A DNA stretch of 64,000 nucleotides from Candidatus Bathyarchaeota archaeon (GCA_963772455.1 CAVYXJ010000010.1:384001-448000), one strand, 5' to 3'; positions 9,871-20,629 are shown, counted from the first letter of the stretch. The notes: a model not told the origin generated them from the letters alone. Made by a program: numbers and translations.

Positions 9871-11853
9871 GTGTCTTGTCATTCTACCTCAAACTCTAAA
9901 GGAAAAACATTCAACGGCAAAAATTGTAAGCCGCTAACTTTTGCGTTGGCAGGTAACGCAAACGTTGGGAAAAGCGTAATATTTAACCGACTTACAGAAT
10001 CAAATCAAATTATTGGCAATTGGCCTGGAAAAACTGTAGACCGCGCTGAAGGAACCTTGAGTTTTGAGGGGCATGAAATAAAAGTTATAGATTTGCCTGG
10101 GATCTACTCTTTTTCAACTTTCTCTTTAGAAGAGTTGGTTTCCCGTGATTATGTTGCATTAGAAAAACCAGATGTAGTCATAAACGTAGTTGATGCTTCC
10201 GTTTTGGAACGAAACCTGTTTTTCACGCTTCAGCTGCTCGAAATGCAGGCGCCTCTTGTTTTATGCTTAAATCAGGTGGACGTTGCTAAGAGTAAAGGTA
10301 TTATTATCAACAAAGAAAAACTCCAAGAAGCTCTTGGAGTTCCAGTTGTTTTTGCGGTAGCTACTCGGGGCGATGGCATCTATGAGTTAGTAAGTCAATC
10401 CGTCAATGTTGCAACTCACAAATTAAAATCCAAACATCTAAAGTACAGGAAAGACCTCGAAGAGAAAATTGAGAAGCTAAGCCAGATAATTGAAAAAGAA
10501 AATCTCCAGCTTCAGTACCCTTCGCGCTGGATCGCAATCAAATTGCTTGAAGGCGATAGTGAAATCACCAAAATCGTCGCTGAAAAATCCGAGATAGTCG
10601 CTGATTCAGCAAAGACTATAACACATGAACTGGAAGAAAGCTGCCAAGAAAAATGCTTCTCTATTATTGCATCTGAAAGATACGCGCTGGCTAGCTCAAT
10701 TGCCGCCTCAGCACTTCAACAAAGTGAAATAAAAAAAACTTTCTCAGACAAACTTGAATGGGTAACAACCCACAGAGTGCTAGGATATTTTACGTCAGTA
10801 GGAGTAATAGCCGGATTGCTACTTTGGACTTTTTTTGTAGGAAATGGGTTATCTATCCTCATTTCTAATGGTTTAAGTCTCATAAAACCAGTAGACCCAG
10901 CTCTATCATTATCTCAACCACTTTTATCAATAATATTGAACGGTGTCTGGGGCGGCTTCAACGCAGGATTAACCTTAATCATCCCATTCGTAATTCCGTT
11001 TTTCTTACTGTTAGCTTTCGTTGAAAATTCGGGCATTTTAACCCGAGTTGCGTTCATGATGGATAGTGCTATGCATAAAATGGGTCTACATGGCAAGGCG
11101 TTAATCCCCATAATTCTTGGGTATGGCTGTAGCGTGCCAGCAATTCAAGCATGCAAAATAATGGAAACTAGACGTGAGCGGTTGTTAGCTGCTTTTGCCA
11201 TAACATTCGCTCCATGCTCCGCAAGGACAATAGTGCTCTTTGGTATGGTGGGATTATTCGTGGGCATTCAATGGGCGCTGCTTCTATACGTTGTTGACAT
11301 AATTCTAATCTTTGGTTTAGGTAGAATCGCCATGAAGGTTGTTCCTGGAAAATCAACTGGCTTAATTATGGAAATGAGCAGTTTCAAGATGCCTTCGCTT
11401 AAAGTGGTGCTAAAACAGACATGGACTAGAACCAAATCGATAATCTACTTAGTCTTCCCCATATACATCGTTGGCAGTGCAATTATCCAGGTTTTGTACT
11501 ATTACAATGTGTTAACGCCTTTTAGTAATGCTTTGTCGCCTTTGACAGTTATGTGGCTTGGTTTACCTGTTGAGGCAGGAGTTTTGCTCATTCTTGGTAT
11601 TGTACGTAAAGAATTCGTTTTGTTAGGAGCTATTGCGATTTTTGGCACATCCAATTTGGCGCTTCACTTCTCTTCCGTACAGCTTGTAGTAATGGCGTTG
11701 GTTGCAATGCTTTACATCCCGTGTTTATCAACTGTGGCAATTCTTGGAAAAGAGTTCGGCTGGAAAGCAACTACGATTATTTCATTAGCTAACGTAGCTG
11801 CTGCTTTGGTTATCGGGGGTTTAGCCTTTAGGCTTTTGAGTCTTTTCATATAA
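9871..11853 (+). CDS. feoB: Ferrous iron transporter FeoB
   Basis: [26 protein letters not shown] GTPase motifs; GYGCSVPA gate; multiple TM helices. Confidence 0.95.
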   Translation: MSCHSTSNSKGKTFNGKNCKPLTFALAGNANVGKSVIFNRLTESNQIIGNWPGKTVDRAEGTLSFEGHEIKVIDLPGIYSFSTFSLEELVSRDYVALEKPDVVINVVDASVLERNLFFTLQLLEMQAPLVLCLNQVDVAKSKGIIINKEKLQEALGVPVVFAVATRGDGIYELVSQSVNVATHKLKSKHLKYRKDLEEKIEKLSQIIEKENLQLQYPSRWIAIKLLEGDSEITKIVAEKSEIVADSAKTITHELEESCQEKCFSIIASERYALASSIAASALQQSEIKKTFSDKLEWVTTHRVLGYFTSVGVIAGLLLWTFFVGNGLSILISNGLSLIKPVDPALSLSQPLLSIILNGVWGGFNAGLTLIIPFVIPFFLLLAFVENSGILTRVAFMMDSAMHKMGLHGKALIPIILGYGCSVPAIQACKIMETRRERLLAAFAITFAPCSARTIVLFGMVGLFVGIQWALLLYVVDIILIFGLGRIAMKVVPGKSTGLIMEMSSFKMPSLKVVLKQTWTRTKSIIYLVFPIYIVGSAIIQVLYYYNVLTPFSNALSPLTVMWLGLPVEAGVLLILGIVRKEFVLLGAIAIFGTSNLALHFSSVQLVVMALVAMLYIPCLSTVAILGKEFGWKATTIISLANVAAALVIGGLAFRLLSLFI

Positions 11854-11936
11854 GATATTAAAAATGTAAATTAACAGGTAAACTATTTCTCCTGAAAGGA
11901 AAATAAACCCCATATGCCTGATTTGGAAGTTAAGTT

Positions 11937-12050
11937 ATGTCTGCTCCGAATTGTCCATGCCCAAAAAAAGAATGTCCGCATCACAGTAAATGCGAAGAAT
12001 GCGTTCCTCACCACAAAGAAAGAAATGAATTGCCTTACTGCGCAAGGTAG
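11937..12050 (+). CDS. 37-aa Cys/His-rich microprotein (not in ORF track)
   Basis: MSAPNCPCPKKECPHHSKCEECVPHHKERNELPYCAR; 6 Cys and 4 His. Confidence 0.6.
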   Translation: MSAPNCPCPKKECPHHSKCEECVPHHKERNELPYCAR

Positions 12051-12058
12051 CAAGTCTT

Positions 12059-12319
12059 ATGGCTAAAGATGCAGAAAAAGATTACAAACAAAAAAGGAGA
12101 AACGTCCAGGTTTATTTTTGGAATATCGTTGGTGTAGTTGAGCACATTTCATTGCCTAAACTTAAGGATGCTATCAAAAAAGAGTTCAAATGCAGTGATG
12201 AACGTTTTGTTCAAGCTCAACTTACGCTTATGCAAACAGAATCAATGATAAAAGTCCAAAATAGAGTTAAAGTATGGATAAATCAACCCGACACTTCTAA
12301 AAATAAAACTCTAACTTGA
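12059..12319 (+). CDS. Hypothetical protein (possible winged-helix)
   Basis: 86-aa ORF starting 8 nt after the microprotein. Confidence 0.5.
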   Translation: MAKDAEKDYKQKRRNVQVYFWNIVGVVEHISLPKLKDAIKKEFKCSDERFVQAQLTLMQTESMIKVQNRVKVWINQPDTSKNKTLT

Positions 12320-12339
12320 AAAAATTGAGAGCCGTAAAG

Positions 12340-12579
12340 TTATTGGATTATTTCGCCTACTGCTAACTTTTGGCCTACTTGAACAATTTTAACTTTCACC
12401 AGATCTCGAGGCTTTGCTTTTGGAACCTGAATGATATATCCCCGAATATTAGACATGCCATCCCCATTTGGACATAAACCATTAATATTTACATCTAATT
12501 CTTCTCCCAACTCAACGGGGGGCTTCTTTTCAACATGTTTGATTTTAAATTGTCCGCCTTTTACTCTTCTATGGACCAT
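12340..12579 (-). CDS. Single TRAM-domain RNA-binding protein
   Basis: PPVELGEELDVNI..L..NGDG....RGY.I.VP.AK..D.VKVKI archaeal TRAM pattern. Confidence 0.85.
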   Translation of the reverse strand: MVHRRVKGGQFKIKHVEKKPPVELGEELDVNINGLCPNGDGMSNIRGYIIQVPKAKPRDLVKVKIVQVGQKLAVGEIIQ

Positions 12580-12786
12580 TACAAAACCTTTCCATTATTC
12601 CATTTTTAATTAGAGCGATAAGCGCTTAAGTCTTCCGTAAGCAACCATTGATTTTTAGGGAGTTTGGATGTTCTTTTTACAATAAAATAATAATTATTGA
12701 AGAAACTTACCTTGAAAACACTTAAATCAGAAAAGAAAGGCAAAACTTCTATATGTCAGGTGTAAGTTTGAATAGCACAGATCGAT

Positions 12787-12966
12787 ATGAACCCAGATAA
12801 TTATAAGTCGATAAGAAACAAGCCAAAACGAAACAGTCCAATCAGCAGATCTAAAGCCCGAATGCTCGCTAAACCAACGCTAGCTCCCGCTACTCAAAAA
12901 CTGCGCGATAACTACAAAACTAGAACTGAATGGGCAACCAAGATACTTCCTAAACTAAAAGAATAA
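12787..12966 (+). CDS. Small basic hypothetical protein (59 aa)
   Basis: MNPDNYKSIRNKPKRNSP...WATKILPKLKE; below ORF-track cutoff. Confidence 0.4.
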   Translation: MNPDNYKSIRNKPKRNSPISRSKARMLAKPTLAPATQKLRDNYKTRTEWATKILPKLKE

Positions 12967-13107
12967 TCTTAAAAGTTTTGGTTTCTAAACTTTATTTCTA
13001 ATTAATTGATTTCTGCAATAGCTATGTTGGGCTATGCTTCAAAATAGATAGTACAACAGTAACTTTTATAATGAATAATTTTCTTCAAGAATGGAAAGTG
13101 AAGTTAT

Positions 13108-13341
13108 ATGACTGAATCAATCCAAAAAAGAGTTCAGGAAGCCCTTAATGAAATAAGACCGCAAATCCAAGCTGATGGCGGAGATGTAGAACTTGTATCA
13201 ATTGAAAAACAAACTGTTAAAGTTCGCTTGACTGGACATTGTGCAGGTTGTCCGATGGCGGCGATGACTCTTAAAAACGGCGTAGAAGCACTTATCAAAC
13301 AAAGGGTTCCAGAGATACAAAAAGTTGAATCGGTACAATAA
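13108..13341 (+). CDS. NifU/Nfu-type Fe-S cluster scaffold domain protein
   Basis: IRPQIQADGGDVELV...GHCAGCP...TLKNGVE. Confidence 0.9.
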   Translation: MTESIQKRVQEALNEIRPQIQADGGDVELVSIEKQTVKVRLTGHCAGCPMAAMTLKNGVEALIKQRVPEIQKVESVQ

Positions 13342-13699
13342 TTAACACCCAATTTGTTTCTCTTCTATTTCTTGTTTATTTTTAAGATTTGGTATTTAAG
13401 AGATAAAAAGTATAATAAAATTTTAAATATGAATTCTGTTTTCATAAAGCATTAGAATAAGAAATTCCTTTTCTCATTAACTGGGTTCAGAGAGAACTGC
13501 ATTTGATGGTTCGCCATCACCCTTTGCATCTTCGCCAAAACTCTGGGCCCAAGCTTGCTTACTACCTATTTTTTCAAGAAATTCAAAAATGGCTTATTTT
13601 TCTTTTCATGAAAGTGGAAGTTTTTCCATATAATAACTCAAATGGTTTAGAACACGATTACAAGGAAAACAATGTCGATTTACTAAAATAGAAATATCA

Positions 13700-13777
13700 T
13701 GGTGGGGCTCCCCGGATTTGAACCGGAGTCTATAGAGCCCAAGTCTACAAGCCTAGACCAAGCTAGCCGAGAGCCCC
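13700..13777 (-). tRNA. tRNA-Pro(TGG)
   Basis: Cloverleaf GGGGCTC...GAGCCCC-A-CCA, anticodon loop CTTGGGC, GGTTCAAATCC T-arm. Confidence 0.95.
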
Positions 13778-13916
13778 ACTGTGGTGCAGAGAACATAATT
13801 TCGCAAGAACCATAAAAACCTTAGCTACCCTTCCGAAGATTTTGAAGTTTTAGAGCTATCTTGACTATCTGCATGCCAGAAAGCGCTTTAAAGCAAAATG
13901 TGCATAGCTGTAGGCA

Positions 13917-14495
13917 GTGACTGATTTGCCAAGAGAATTTATTCTTTTTTCTCGTATAGGACAAACTGACTCAAATTTCCGCAGTCTCCACGATGCTGGG
14001 AGACTTGACATCGTACACGAATGCATAGTTAGCAGTCTCTTTCTCTCTCATGGTTTGCGCAGGGACGTTACTTTTCATGCTATACTTAATGGTCCACCAA
14101 CCCCTCCTGTTCACATTCAAATCGACGGAGAAACCCTCTACGATGTGAGAACAGATATGGACACTTGGCAAGCAATCCTCAAAAAAACCTTACAGGGCAA
14201 ACAGCATCCAGGCATCACAAAAGACAAGACAAGTTTTGAAGCCCTTGTGAAAACAAGAGCTCAAACCCGCAAAATATATGTTTTAGAAGAAGACGGAAGA
14301 GACCTGAGTGAAGTTGAACTCGAAGAAAATAGCCTATTTATCCTGGGCGACCACGTTGGGTTACCAAAAAAAGCCGAAATCTTTGCACAGCGGTTTGGAG
14401 AAAAAATCAGCCTTGGAAAAAAACCCTATTTAGCGGCTTCATGCATCACAATAATCAACTATACCCTTGACAAACAAACTAAAGTCAGCTCTTAA
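13917..14495 (+). CDS. trmY: tRNA (pseudouridine54-N1)-methyltransferase
   Basis: AGRLDIV, SHGLRRDV, FILGDHVGL SPOUT motif. Confidence 0.88.
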   Translation: MTDLPREFILFSRIGQTDSNFRSLHDAGRLDIVHECIVSSLFLSHGLRRDVTFHAILNGPPTPPVHIQIDGETLYDVRTDMDTWQAILKKTLQGKQHPGITKDKTSFEALVKTRAQTRKIYVLEEDGRDLSEVELEENSLFILGDHVGLPKKAEIFAQRFGEKISLGKKPYLAASCITIINYTLDKQTKVSS

Positions 14496-15486
14496 AATGC
14501 TCCCAGCCACGCGCCTCAATAAGTTTTTCCTCGCCATTAGCTCTGAGAATAATTTGCTTTTCATGAGTAGCTTTTCCAATAGGCAAAAGTTGTCCACCAA
14601 CTGCTTCAACTGCAGCTAAGGCTGTTGCCCAACCTTCGGGCTTAACCGTTAAAACCAACTCATATTCTTCGCCGCCATAAAGCGCCAAATCAGACGGATC
14701 AAGATTGTTTAGCTTTGCAAACTTCTTCACTTCAGGAGCAACAGGAATCTTATCTAATTCAAAACCCACGTTACTCGAGTGAGCGAGTTCATGAAGAGTC
14801 CAAGCTAATCCGTCGCTGGAATCCATCGAAGATGAAACCACACCACATCTCCCTAACGTCAAACCCTCCAACAGCTTAGCATTTGGAATTAAGACTGAAT
14901 CCACAAACGTTTTTGTATTCTTTGAAACTAAACAGCCGCCAAGCAGCATACGCAACCCAGCAGCTGATTTGCCGAAAAACCCTGTAACTGCCAAAACATC
15001 ACCCGCCTTTGCGCTACTGCGTAGCATCAATGCTGATTTATTTGCTGTCCCATAAAGTGAGACAGAAATGATCAGGTCAGAAGCTTCACTTGTGTCGCCA
15101 CCGATGATGTAAGCACCATATTCTCGAGCTCCAGAATTTAGGCCGTTAGCGATTTCTTCAATATTTTTTTGAGTAAAGTCTGCAGGTAATCCTAATGCAA
15201 CTAGGGCTGCTATTGGCTGGACACCTTTTGAAGCAAAATCGCTTATGTTCATTACTAATGCTTTTCTTGCAGCTTGAAAAAGAGTCATTTCTTGGGGAAC
15301 GTCCGTTTTTCCTACAAGCATATCAGTTTTAAGAACGGCGACCTGTTTTTGATCAAGGGTCACTGCTGAAACATCATCTCCGAATGGAACCGGAATGTTA
15401 GGAAGCGGGGTAAGGTGGGATTGAATAATTTGAATTATTCTATGTTCACCCAAAATTTTAGCTGTCGAATTTCTGGCAGTATTCAT
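14485..15486 (-). CDS. thiL: Thiamine-monophosphate kinase
   Basis: GDDVSAV, NISDFASKG, IGGDT, DSSDGL, GGEEYEL. Confidence 0.92.
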   Translation of the reverse strand: MNTARNSTAKILGEHRIIQIIQSHLTPLPNIPVPFGDDVSAVTLDQKQVAVLKTDMLVGKTDVPQEMTLFQAARKALVMNISDFASKGVQPIAALVALGLPADFTQKNIEEIANGLNSGAREYGAYIIGGDTSEASDLIISVSLYGTANKSALMLRSSAKAGDVLAVTGFFGKSAAGLRMLLGGCLVSKNTKTFVDSVLIPNAKLLEGLTLGRCGVVSSSMDSSDGLAWTLHELAHSSNVGFELDKIPVAPEVKKFAKLNNLDPSDLALYGGEEYELVLTVKPEGWATALAAVEAVGGQLLPIGKATHEKQIILRANGEEKLIEARGWEHFKS

Positions 15487-15585
15487 TTGATATGCACTCC
15501 AGTTTTGAATGATTGTTTATTGCTTTTAAGGTTGAGGTTTGTGAAACTTTAAAAATTGGTACCGTGTTGTTTAGCGTTTAATGGT

Positions 15586-15659
15586 GCCTCGATAGCTCAG
15601 CCCAGTAGAGCGGCTGCCTCGTAAGCAGCAGGCCGCGGGAGCAAGGCCCGCTCGAGGCT
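15586..15659 (+). tRNA. tRNA-Thr(CGT), non-canonical T-loop
   Basis: Acceptor GCCTCGA/TCGAGGC, anticodon arm GCTGC-CTCGTAA-GCAGC; T-loop AGCAAGG. Confidence 0.88.
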
Positions 15660-15763
15660 TTTGGCTTTTTGTGTAGCTGTGTTGTGCAAATGAACGTTTA
15701 CTGTGCTCTGCGGATATGTTTATTAAATATTGCGACACCCATGTTTCCTAAGGTGAATGGCAA

Positions 15764-16099
15764 ATGCGCCTTTTTTCACACAGTTCAGACGAAAAACTAC
15801 AATGCCCCTACAAGGGGTGCGAAAAACACTTCGATCGTCCAACGATGATTACAGATGACTCTGTTATTCCTCGCCAAACACATTATGCATGTCCATTCTG
15901 TATGTCACGATTAGAATTAGATACAGCTAAACAAAAGATCGTAGGCGTCCGGGCAACCGAGTATCCAATGGTTTTTGATTCACCTGCTAAATGTGCGCAT
16001 TTTAATGGACTTTTGAACGCGCCTCCTGGAAGCATGTCAACTCTGGATGAATGTTTAATTTGTCCTAAAGTGTTGCAATGCAATAACCGCAAAAAATAG
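15764..16099 (+). CDS. Hypothetical Cys-rich zinc-finger protein
   Basis: CPYKGC, CPFC, CAH, CLIC...C; GGTGA RBS upstream. Confidence 0.65.
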   Translation: MRLFSHSSDEKLQCPYKGCEKHFDRPTMITDDSVIPRQTHYACPFCMSRLELDTAKQKIVGVRATEYPMVFDSPAKCAHFNGLLNAPPGSMSTLDECLICPKVLQCNNRKK

Positions 16100-16195
16100 A
16101 TATTTAATTTTTTTAAATTCGTATGCACTAAAAAAGTTTGTAAGATACTGCTTATTGGACTAAACCATAAAAAGTCGACTCATAATCTTTTTTTT

Positions 16196-16260
16196 GGGTC
16201 AGCGTTGATTGACGATCTCTCAAAGCTTTAGGCTCAAAGCCGTCGCCTTACATCATCCCC
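16196..16260 (-). ncRNA. Candidate C/D-box guide sRNA
   Basis: ggg-ATGATGT (box C-like)...TTGA (D')...CTGA-ccc (box D); terminal GGG/CCC stem; 65 nt. Confidence 0.55.
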
Positions 16261-16627
16261 AACTAAACGATGTTTGTGCAGATTTATCTATTTTGATTAA
16301 GACGATTGAAAAACTAAAAAAGGAAAAAATCGTGTGAATTATTGGTTTAGGCAATCAGCTGATTAACGAAGTTTTGTGCTAGGCATCAAGTCTTCACTAC
16401 TTCCAATTTGACAACGATAGCCTTTTACAATCTAGGATCTGAACGGGGTAGCCTGGATAGTTTAATTTGAGTTCAAAAATCCAAAAATTTAGTAGGAAAA
16501 TTGAAGCAAAAACAATGTATTCCTCAATCTGCTTGGGCAAATTTAACGTCATTTGACGAATCTAAACCCTTAAACCACTCCAAGGATAGGGTAACATATA
16601 CGGCTTATTTGAGAGGTGAAAAAGGAC

Positions 16628-16696
16628 ATGATATTCGAAGAAGAAGATGAATGGGAAGAAAGCGAAGACGAGGAATGGGAAGAAGAAGAATGGTAA
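16628..16696 (+). CDS. 22-aa acidic Trp-containing microprotein
   Basis: MIFEEEDEWEESEDEEWEEEEW; strong GAGGTGA RBS at 16613-16619. Confidence 0.55.
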   Translation: MIFEEEDEWEESEDEEWEEEEW

Positions 16697-16984
16697 GTTG
16701 AACCATAAACCACAATTTTGTATATCTTTCTTTTAAGCATAATTTTCGAATGGCTTGAGTTAATTTCTATTAATCGTGTTTGATGATGAGAAGTTGCAAC
16801 TTATCTTTTCGAATGTTTTCAAAAACTGTGGAAATAAACCCGATTAAAAAACCAGCTAAACCTAAAAAATACTAACACAAACAAGATTTTTATTCAAAAT
16901 AATGTTGTCCACTTAAACTCAACTTTTATCGTTCAAGGTTTACATTTATAACTATCTTGTTGGCATCATTTAACGACGCTTACA

Positions 16985-18802
16985 ATGACCCGAATCGCAG
17001 TATTAAATGAAGATAAATGCAAAGTCAAGAAATGCAATTCGTTATGTGTTAGCTTCTGCCCTATGGTGCGAAGCAAAGTTGAGGCTATTAGAGTTGAAGG
17101 AAGCAAAGCTATCATTGCAGAAACTCTTTGCAGCGGCTGCGGGATATGTGTCAAAAAATGTCCTTTCAAAGCCATCAGCATTGTCAATTTACCCAACGAG
17201 CTTGAAAAAGACTGCAGCCACAGATTCAGCGAAAACAGCTTCAAACTTTTCCGTCTACCCATGCCTTCACCTGGAACCGTTTTAGGATTGCTGGGTCAAA
17301 ACGGGATAGGCAAAAGCACTACACTTAAGGTTTTTTCAGGCGAAATCAAACCCAACCTCGGCAGATTCGATAACCCCCCAGATTGGGCAGAAATTATTCA
17401 ATATTATCGGGGTTCAAGCCTTCAGGACTATTTTTCAAAGTTAAGTGAGAAAAAACTTAAAGTCAGCAGCAAACCCCAATACGTCGACAAGATTCCTAAA
17501 GCAATAACTGGCAAAGCTGGTGACCTTTTAGAAAAAGTTGATGAGAGAAAACAACTTGATTCTATTGCTGAAGAGCTTGAGCTCAAGAAGATATGGGATA
17601 GACCCCTTGATGTCCTTAGTGGTGGAGAACTTCAGCGGGTTGCAGTTGCAGCTGCGCTTAGTAGAGACTCAGATGTTTACCTATTCGATGAGCCATCAAG
17701 CTACTTAGATGTTAAGCAAAGGCTTGTAGTTGCAAGAGCTATCCGCAGCCTCAAAGAACAGCAGAAAACAATAGTTGTAGCAGAACACGACTTGGCCATA
17801 ATCGACTATTTATCTGATCAAATCTGCGTTTTCTACGGTGAACCAGGAGTATACGGCGTCGTTTCGCACACTCATGGCGTACGCACAGGAATCAACATTT
17901 ACCTGCAAGGATACATCCCAGACGAAAACATCAAGTTCAGAAAAGAACCCATAATCTTCCATGAAAAACCGCCATCCACAGGCGAAATGATTGGTGAACC
18001 ACTGCTTAAATGGGAAAAAATGGAGAAGACCTTCAAAGGATTCAAACTTACCATTGAACCAGGCGAAATACGCACTGGAGAAATCGTGGGTATCCTTGGA
18101 CCAAACGGAATCGGAAAAACCACCTTTGTAAAGATTTTAGCTGGCGTAGAAGAAGCGGATGAGAAACAAAAGCTTGGAAAATTAACTGTCAGTTACAAAC
18201 CTCAGTATATTGCACCAGACTACGAAGGCACTGTTCAAGAATTGCTCATGAATGTAGCTAAAGAAAACTTTACCTCTAGCTGGTATAAGACCGAAATTGC
18301 CCAACCACTTCGGCTCCAAGTTTTAATGGACCGCAACGTTATGGAACTTAGTGGTGGAGAACTCCAAAAAGTCGCCATCGCCGCATGTCTAAGTCGCAAA
18401 ACCGACATGTTCCTTCTCGACGAGCCAAGCGCGTATCTTGATGTTGAAGAGCGTCTTAATATAGCCAAAACCATTCGACGCGTAGTCGAAGCCCACGGCA
18501 CCCCAGCCTTCGTAGTTGAACACGATGTAGTAACCCAAGATTTCATTGCAGACAGACTAATGATCTTCAACGGTGATCCAGGTGTCACTGGGTTAGCTCA
18601 TCCACCAACTAGCTTAAGGCAAGGAATGAATACGTTCCTCAAAGAAATGGACATAACCTTCCGACGTGATTCGCTCACTTTCAGACCCAGAGTTAACAAA
18701 GAAGATTCACAAATGGACAAATTCCAGAAAGAAATTGGCGAATACTACTACACCAAAACCACTAAGCCAGAAAAAGAAAAACAAGGACCAACTAAAAAAT
18801 AA
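16985..18802 (+). CDS. Ribosome recycling ATPase ABCE1/RLI
   Basis: N-terminal 4Fe-4S cysteines (CSGCGICVKKCPF), two GxNGIGK P-loops, LSGGELQ twice. Confidence 0.96.
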   Translation: MTRIAVLNEDKCKVKKCNSLCVSFCPMVRSKVEAIRVEGSKAIIAETLCSGCGICVKKCPFKAISIVNLPNELEKDCSHRFSENSFKLFRLPMPSPGTVLGLLGQNGIGKSTTLKVFSGEIKPNLGRFDNPPDWAEIIQYYRGSSLQDYFSKLSEKKLKVSSKPQYVDKIPKAITGKAGDLLEKVDERKQLDSIAEELELKKIWDRPLDVLSGGELQRVAVAAALSRDSDVYLFDEPSSYLDVKQRLVVARAIRSLKEQQKTIVVAEHDLAIIDYLSDQICVFYGEPGVYGVVSHTHGVRTGINIYLQGYIPDENIKFRKEPIIFHEKPPSTGEMIGEPLLKWEKMEKTFKGFKLTIEPGEIRTGEIVGILGPNGIGKTTFVKILAGVEEADEKQKLGKLTVSYKPQYIAPDYEGTVQELLMNVAKENFTSSWYKTEIAQPLRLQVLMDRNVMELSGGELQKVAIAACLSRKTDMFLLDEPSAYLDVEERLNIAKTIRRVVEAHGTPAFVVEHDVVTQDFIADRLMIFNGDPGVTGLAHPPTSLRQGMNTFLKEMDITFRRDSLTFRPRVNKEDSQMDKFQKEIGEYYYTKTTKPEKEKQGPTKK

Positions 18803-19102
18803 ATTGACCTCGAATTTTTCAAAGAGCAAAGTGAAAGTGAAATCTAAATTAATGGTTTTGTTAGTTCAAAATTATATATTTGAAAACGCAACGTTATATT
18901 TTTATTAAAACGGCATAAAGCATCTTATTCAGCACTATGAACGATATTTTTACATGTTTAAAGCAAAAATATCCATTGAGGTATGTGTTGGATAAGTTTT
19001 AGAACAAGAGTTTTCTTAGTGTAATGCAGTTAACTTAAAGAACAAGCAGCAAATATACTAAAGTTCGCAAACTTAAAACAGGGAAAGTGGTGTAGGCTAC
19101 AA

Positions 19103-20629
19103 GTGGCTCAAGCAACCTTCGAAGAAATTAGCGCATCGGACTTTTTCTACCGAAACCGAGACATCGCAGGCTTAACTAACCCATCCCGCGCAATCTTCGT
19201 AGCCATAAGAGAAATTGTAGAAAACTCATTAGATGCAGCGGAAAGCCAAAAAATTCCACCAGACGTATACGTACGCTTATCCTATGAGGGAGAAGCCACC
19301 AAGGAAACTCAAATCTACAAACTTCGAGTTGAAGACAACGGAAGTGGAATACCACCCAGATTCATTCCATCAGCGTTTGGTCAAGTGCTCTACGGCAGCA
19401 AGTACAAACTCAAACAGGCAAGAGGCACTTTTGGCTTAGGCGGCAAAATGGCAGTACTCTACGGACAAATCACAACCCACCAACCAGTTTTTGTGACATC
19501 AAGCACAGGGCAAGAGAAAATTTATAGCTTCAAATTAATGATCGATATCCAACGCAATAAACCCATCATTTTAGACCGCAAAGTCCTCATCAACAAGGAC
19601 CAATGGCGTGGAACCATCGTTGAATTCACGTTGGAAGGCGATTACCTTAGGGCTATGCCCAAAATCATTGAGTACTTCAAGCAAACGGCTATGGTTAACC
19701 CCTATGCAAACATAACGTTTGTTGATCCTAAAGGCAGACTCTACAAGTTTGTCCGAGGAACGACCGTTATGCCTGAGTCACCCAAAGAAACCATGCCGCA
19801 TCCATACGGCGTGGATGTTGAACTCCTTCAAAGGCTAATCCAGATAACAACTAGCAATAATATGTCTGACTTTTTGAAAGTTCACTTTCACAGAGTAGGC
19901 GGAATAACAGCTCAAAAATTCCTTGATTTTGCAGGTATTCCTCCAAGCAAAAACCCCAAAAAACTATCACACGAAGAAATTGTACGGTTAATGCAGAACC
20001 TCAAAAAATACAAGGATTTCCTGCCGCCAGACGCCAGCTGTCTCTCACCTCTGGGTGAAGATTTGCTTAAAGCTGGTATCATTAAGGAGCTTAAGCCAGA
20101 ATATCTTGTTGTGCATCAGCGTAAACCATCCACATATGCTGGTCACCCATTCATCGTTGAGTTAGCTATGGCATATGGAGGCGATGTGCCCAAGCGAGGC
20201 ACTTTCGTGATTTACCGTTTTGCCAACAAAATCCCGCTGTTGTACGATGAGGCAAGCGATGTTTCTTACCGTGTAATAGCAGCCATGAATTGGCGTCGCT
20301 ACAAAGTTGCGCCTGAAATGCCAATTGCAATAGTCGTACACATCTGCAGTACTAAAGTTCCATACAAGACAGTGGGAAAAGAATTCATTTCTGACCGACC
20401 AGAAGTGCGAAGAGAAGTTGCAAACGCTCTGCGTGAAGTTGCGCGTCAACTGCAACATTTCCTCTCAAAACAGGAACACGTGCACAATGAAAAGAAACGA
20501 CTAGGTATTTTCAGCAAGTACCTCCCAAAAATCGCCGAATTCTCAACCACATTAGCTGGAGAAACGAGGAAACCTGACATAGAAAAATTACTAAAGAGTG
20601 TACAGAAGTATGGCGCAGAAGAAAATTAA
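19103..20629 (+). CDS. top6B: DNA topoisomerase VI subunit B
   Basis: EIVENSLDA, EDNGSGI, QARGTFGLG GHKL motifs; RFANKIPL. Confidence 0.95.
   Translation: MAQATFEEISASDFFYRNRDIAGLTNPSRAIFVAIREIVENSLDAAESQKIPPDVYVRLSYEGEATKETQIYKLRVEDNGSGIPPRFIPSAFGQVLYGSKYKLKQARGTFGLGGKMAVLYGQITTHQPVFVTSSTGQEKIYSFKLMIDIQRNKPIILDRKVLINKDQWRGTIVEFTLEGDYLRAMPKIIEYFKQTAMVNPYANITFVDPKGRLYKFVRGTTVMPESPKETMPHPYGVDVELLQRLIQITTSNNMSDFLKVHFHRVGGITAQKFLDFAGIPPSKNPKKLSHEEIVRLMQNLKKYKDFLPPDASCLSPLGEDLLKAGIIKELKPEYLVVHQRKPSTYAGHPFIVELAMAYGGDVPKRGTFVIYRFANKIPLLYDEASDVSYRVIAAMNWRRYKVAPEMPIAIVVHICSTKVPYKTVGKEFISDRPEVRREVANALREVARQLQHFLSKQEHVHNEKKRLGIFSKYLPKIAEFSTTLAGETRKPDIEKLLKSVQKYGAEEN

Noticed and set aside
16783-16830. 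ATGATGA box C motif
   Set aside because: No downstream CTGA box D at a suitable distance
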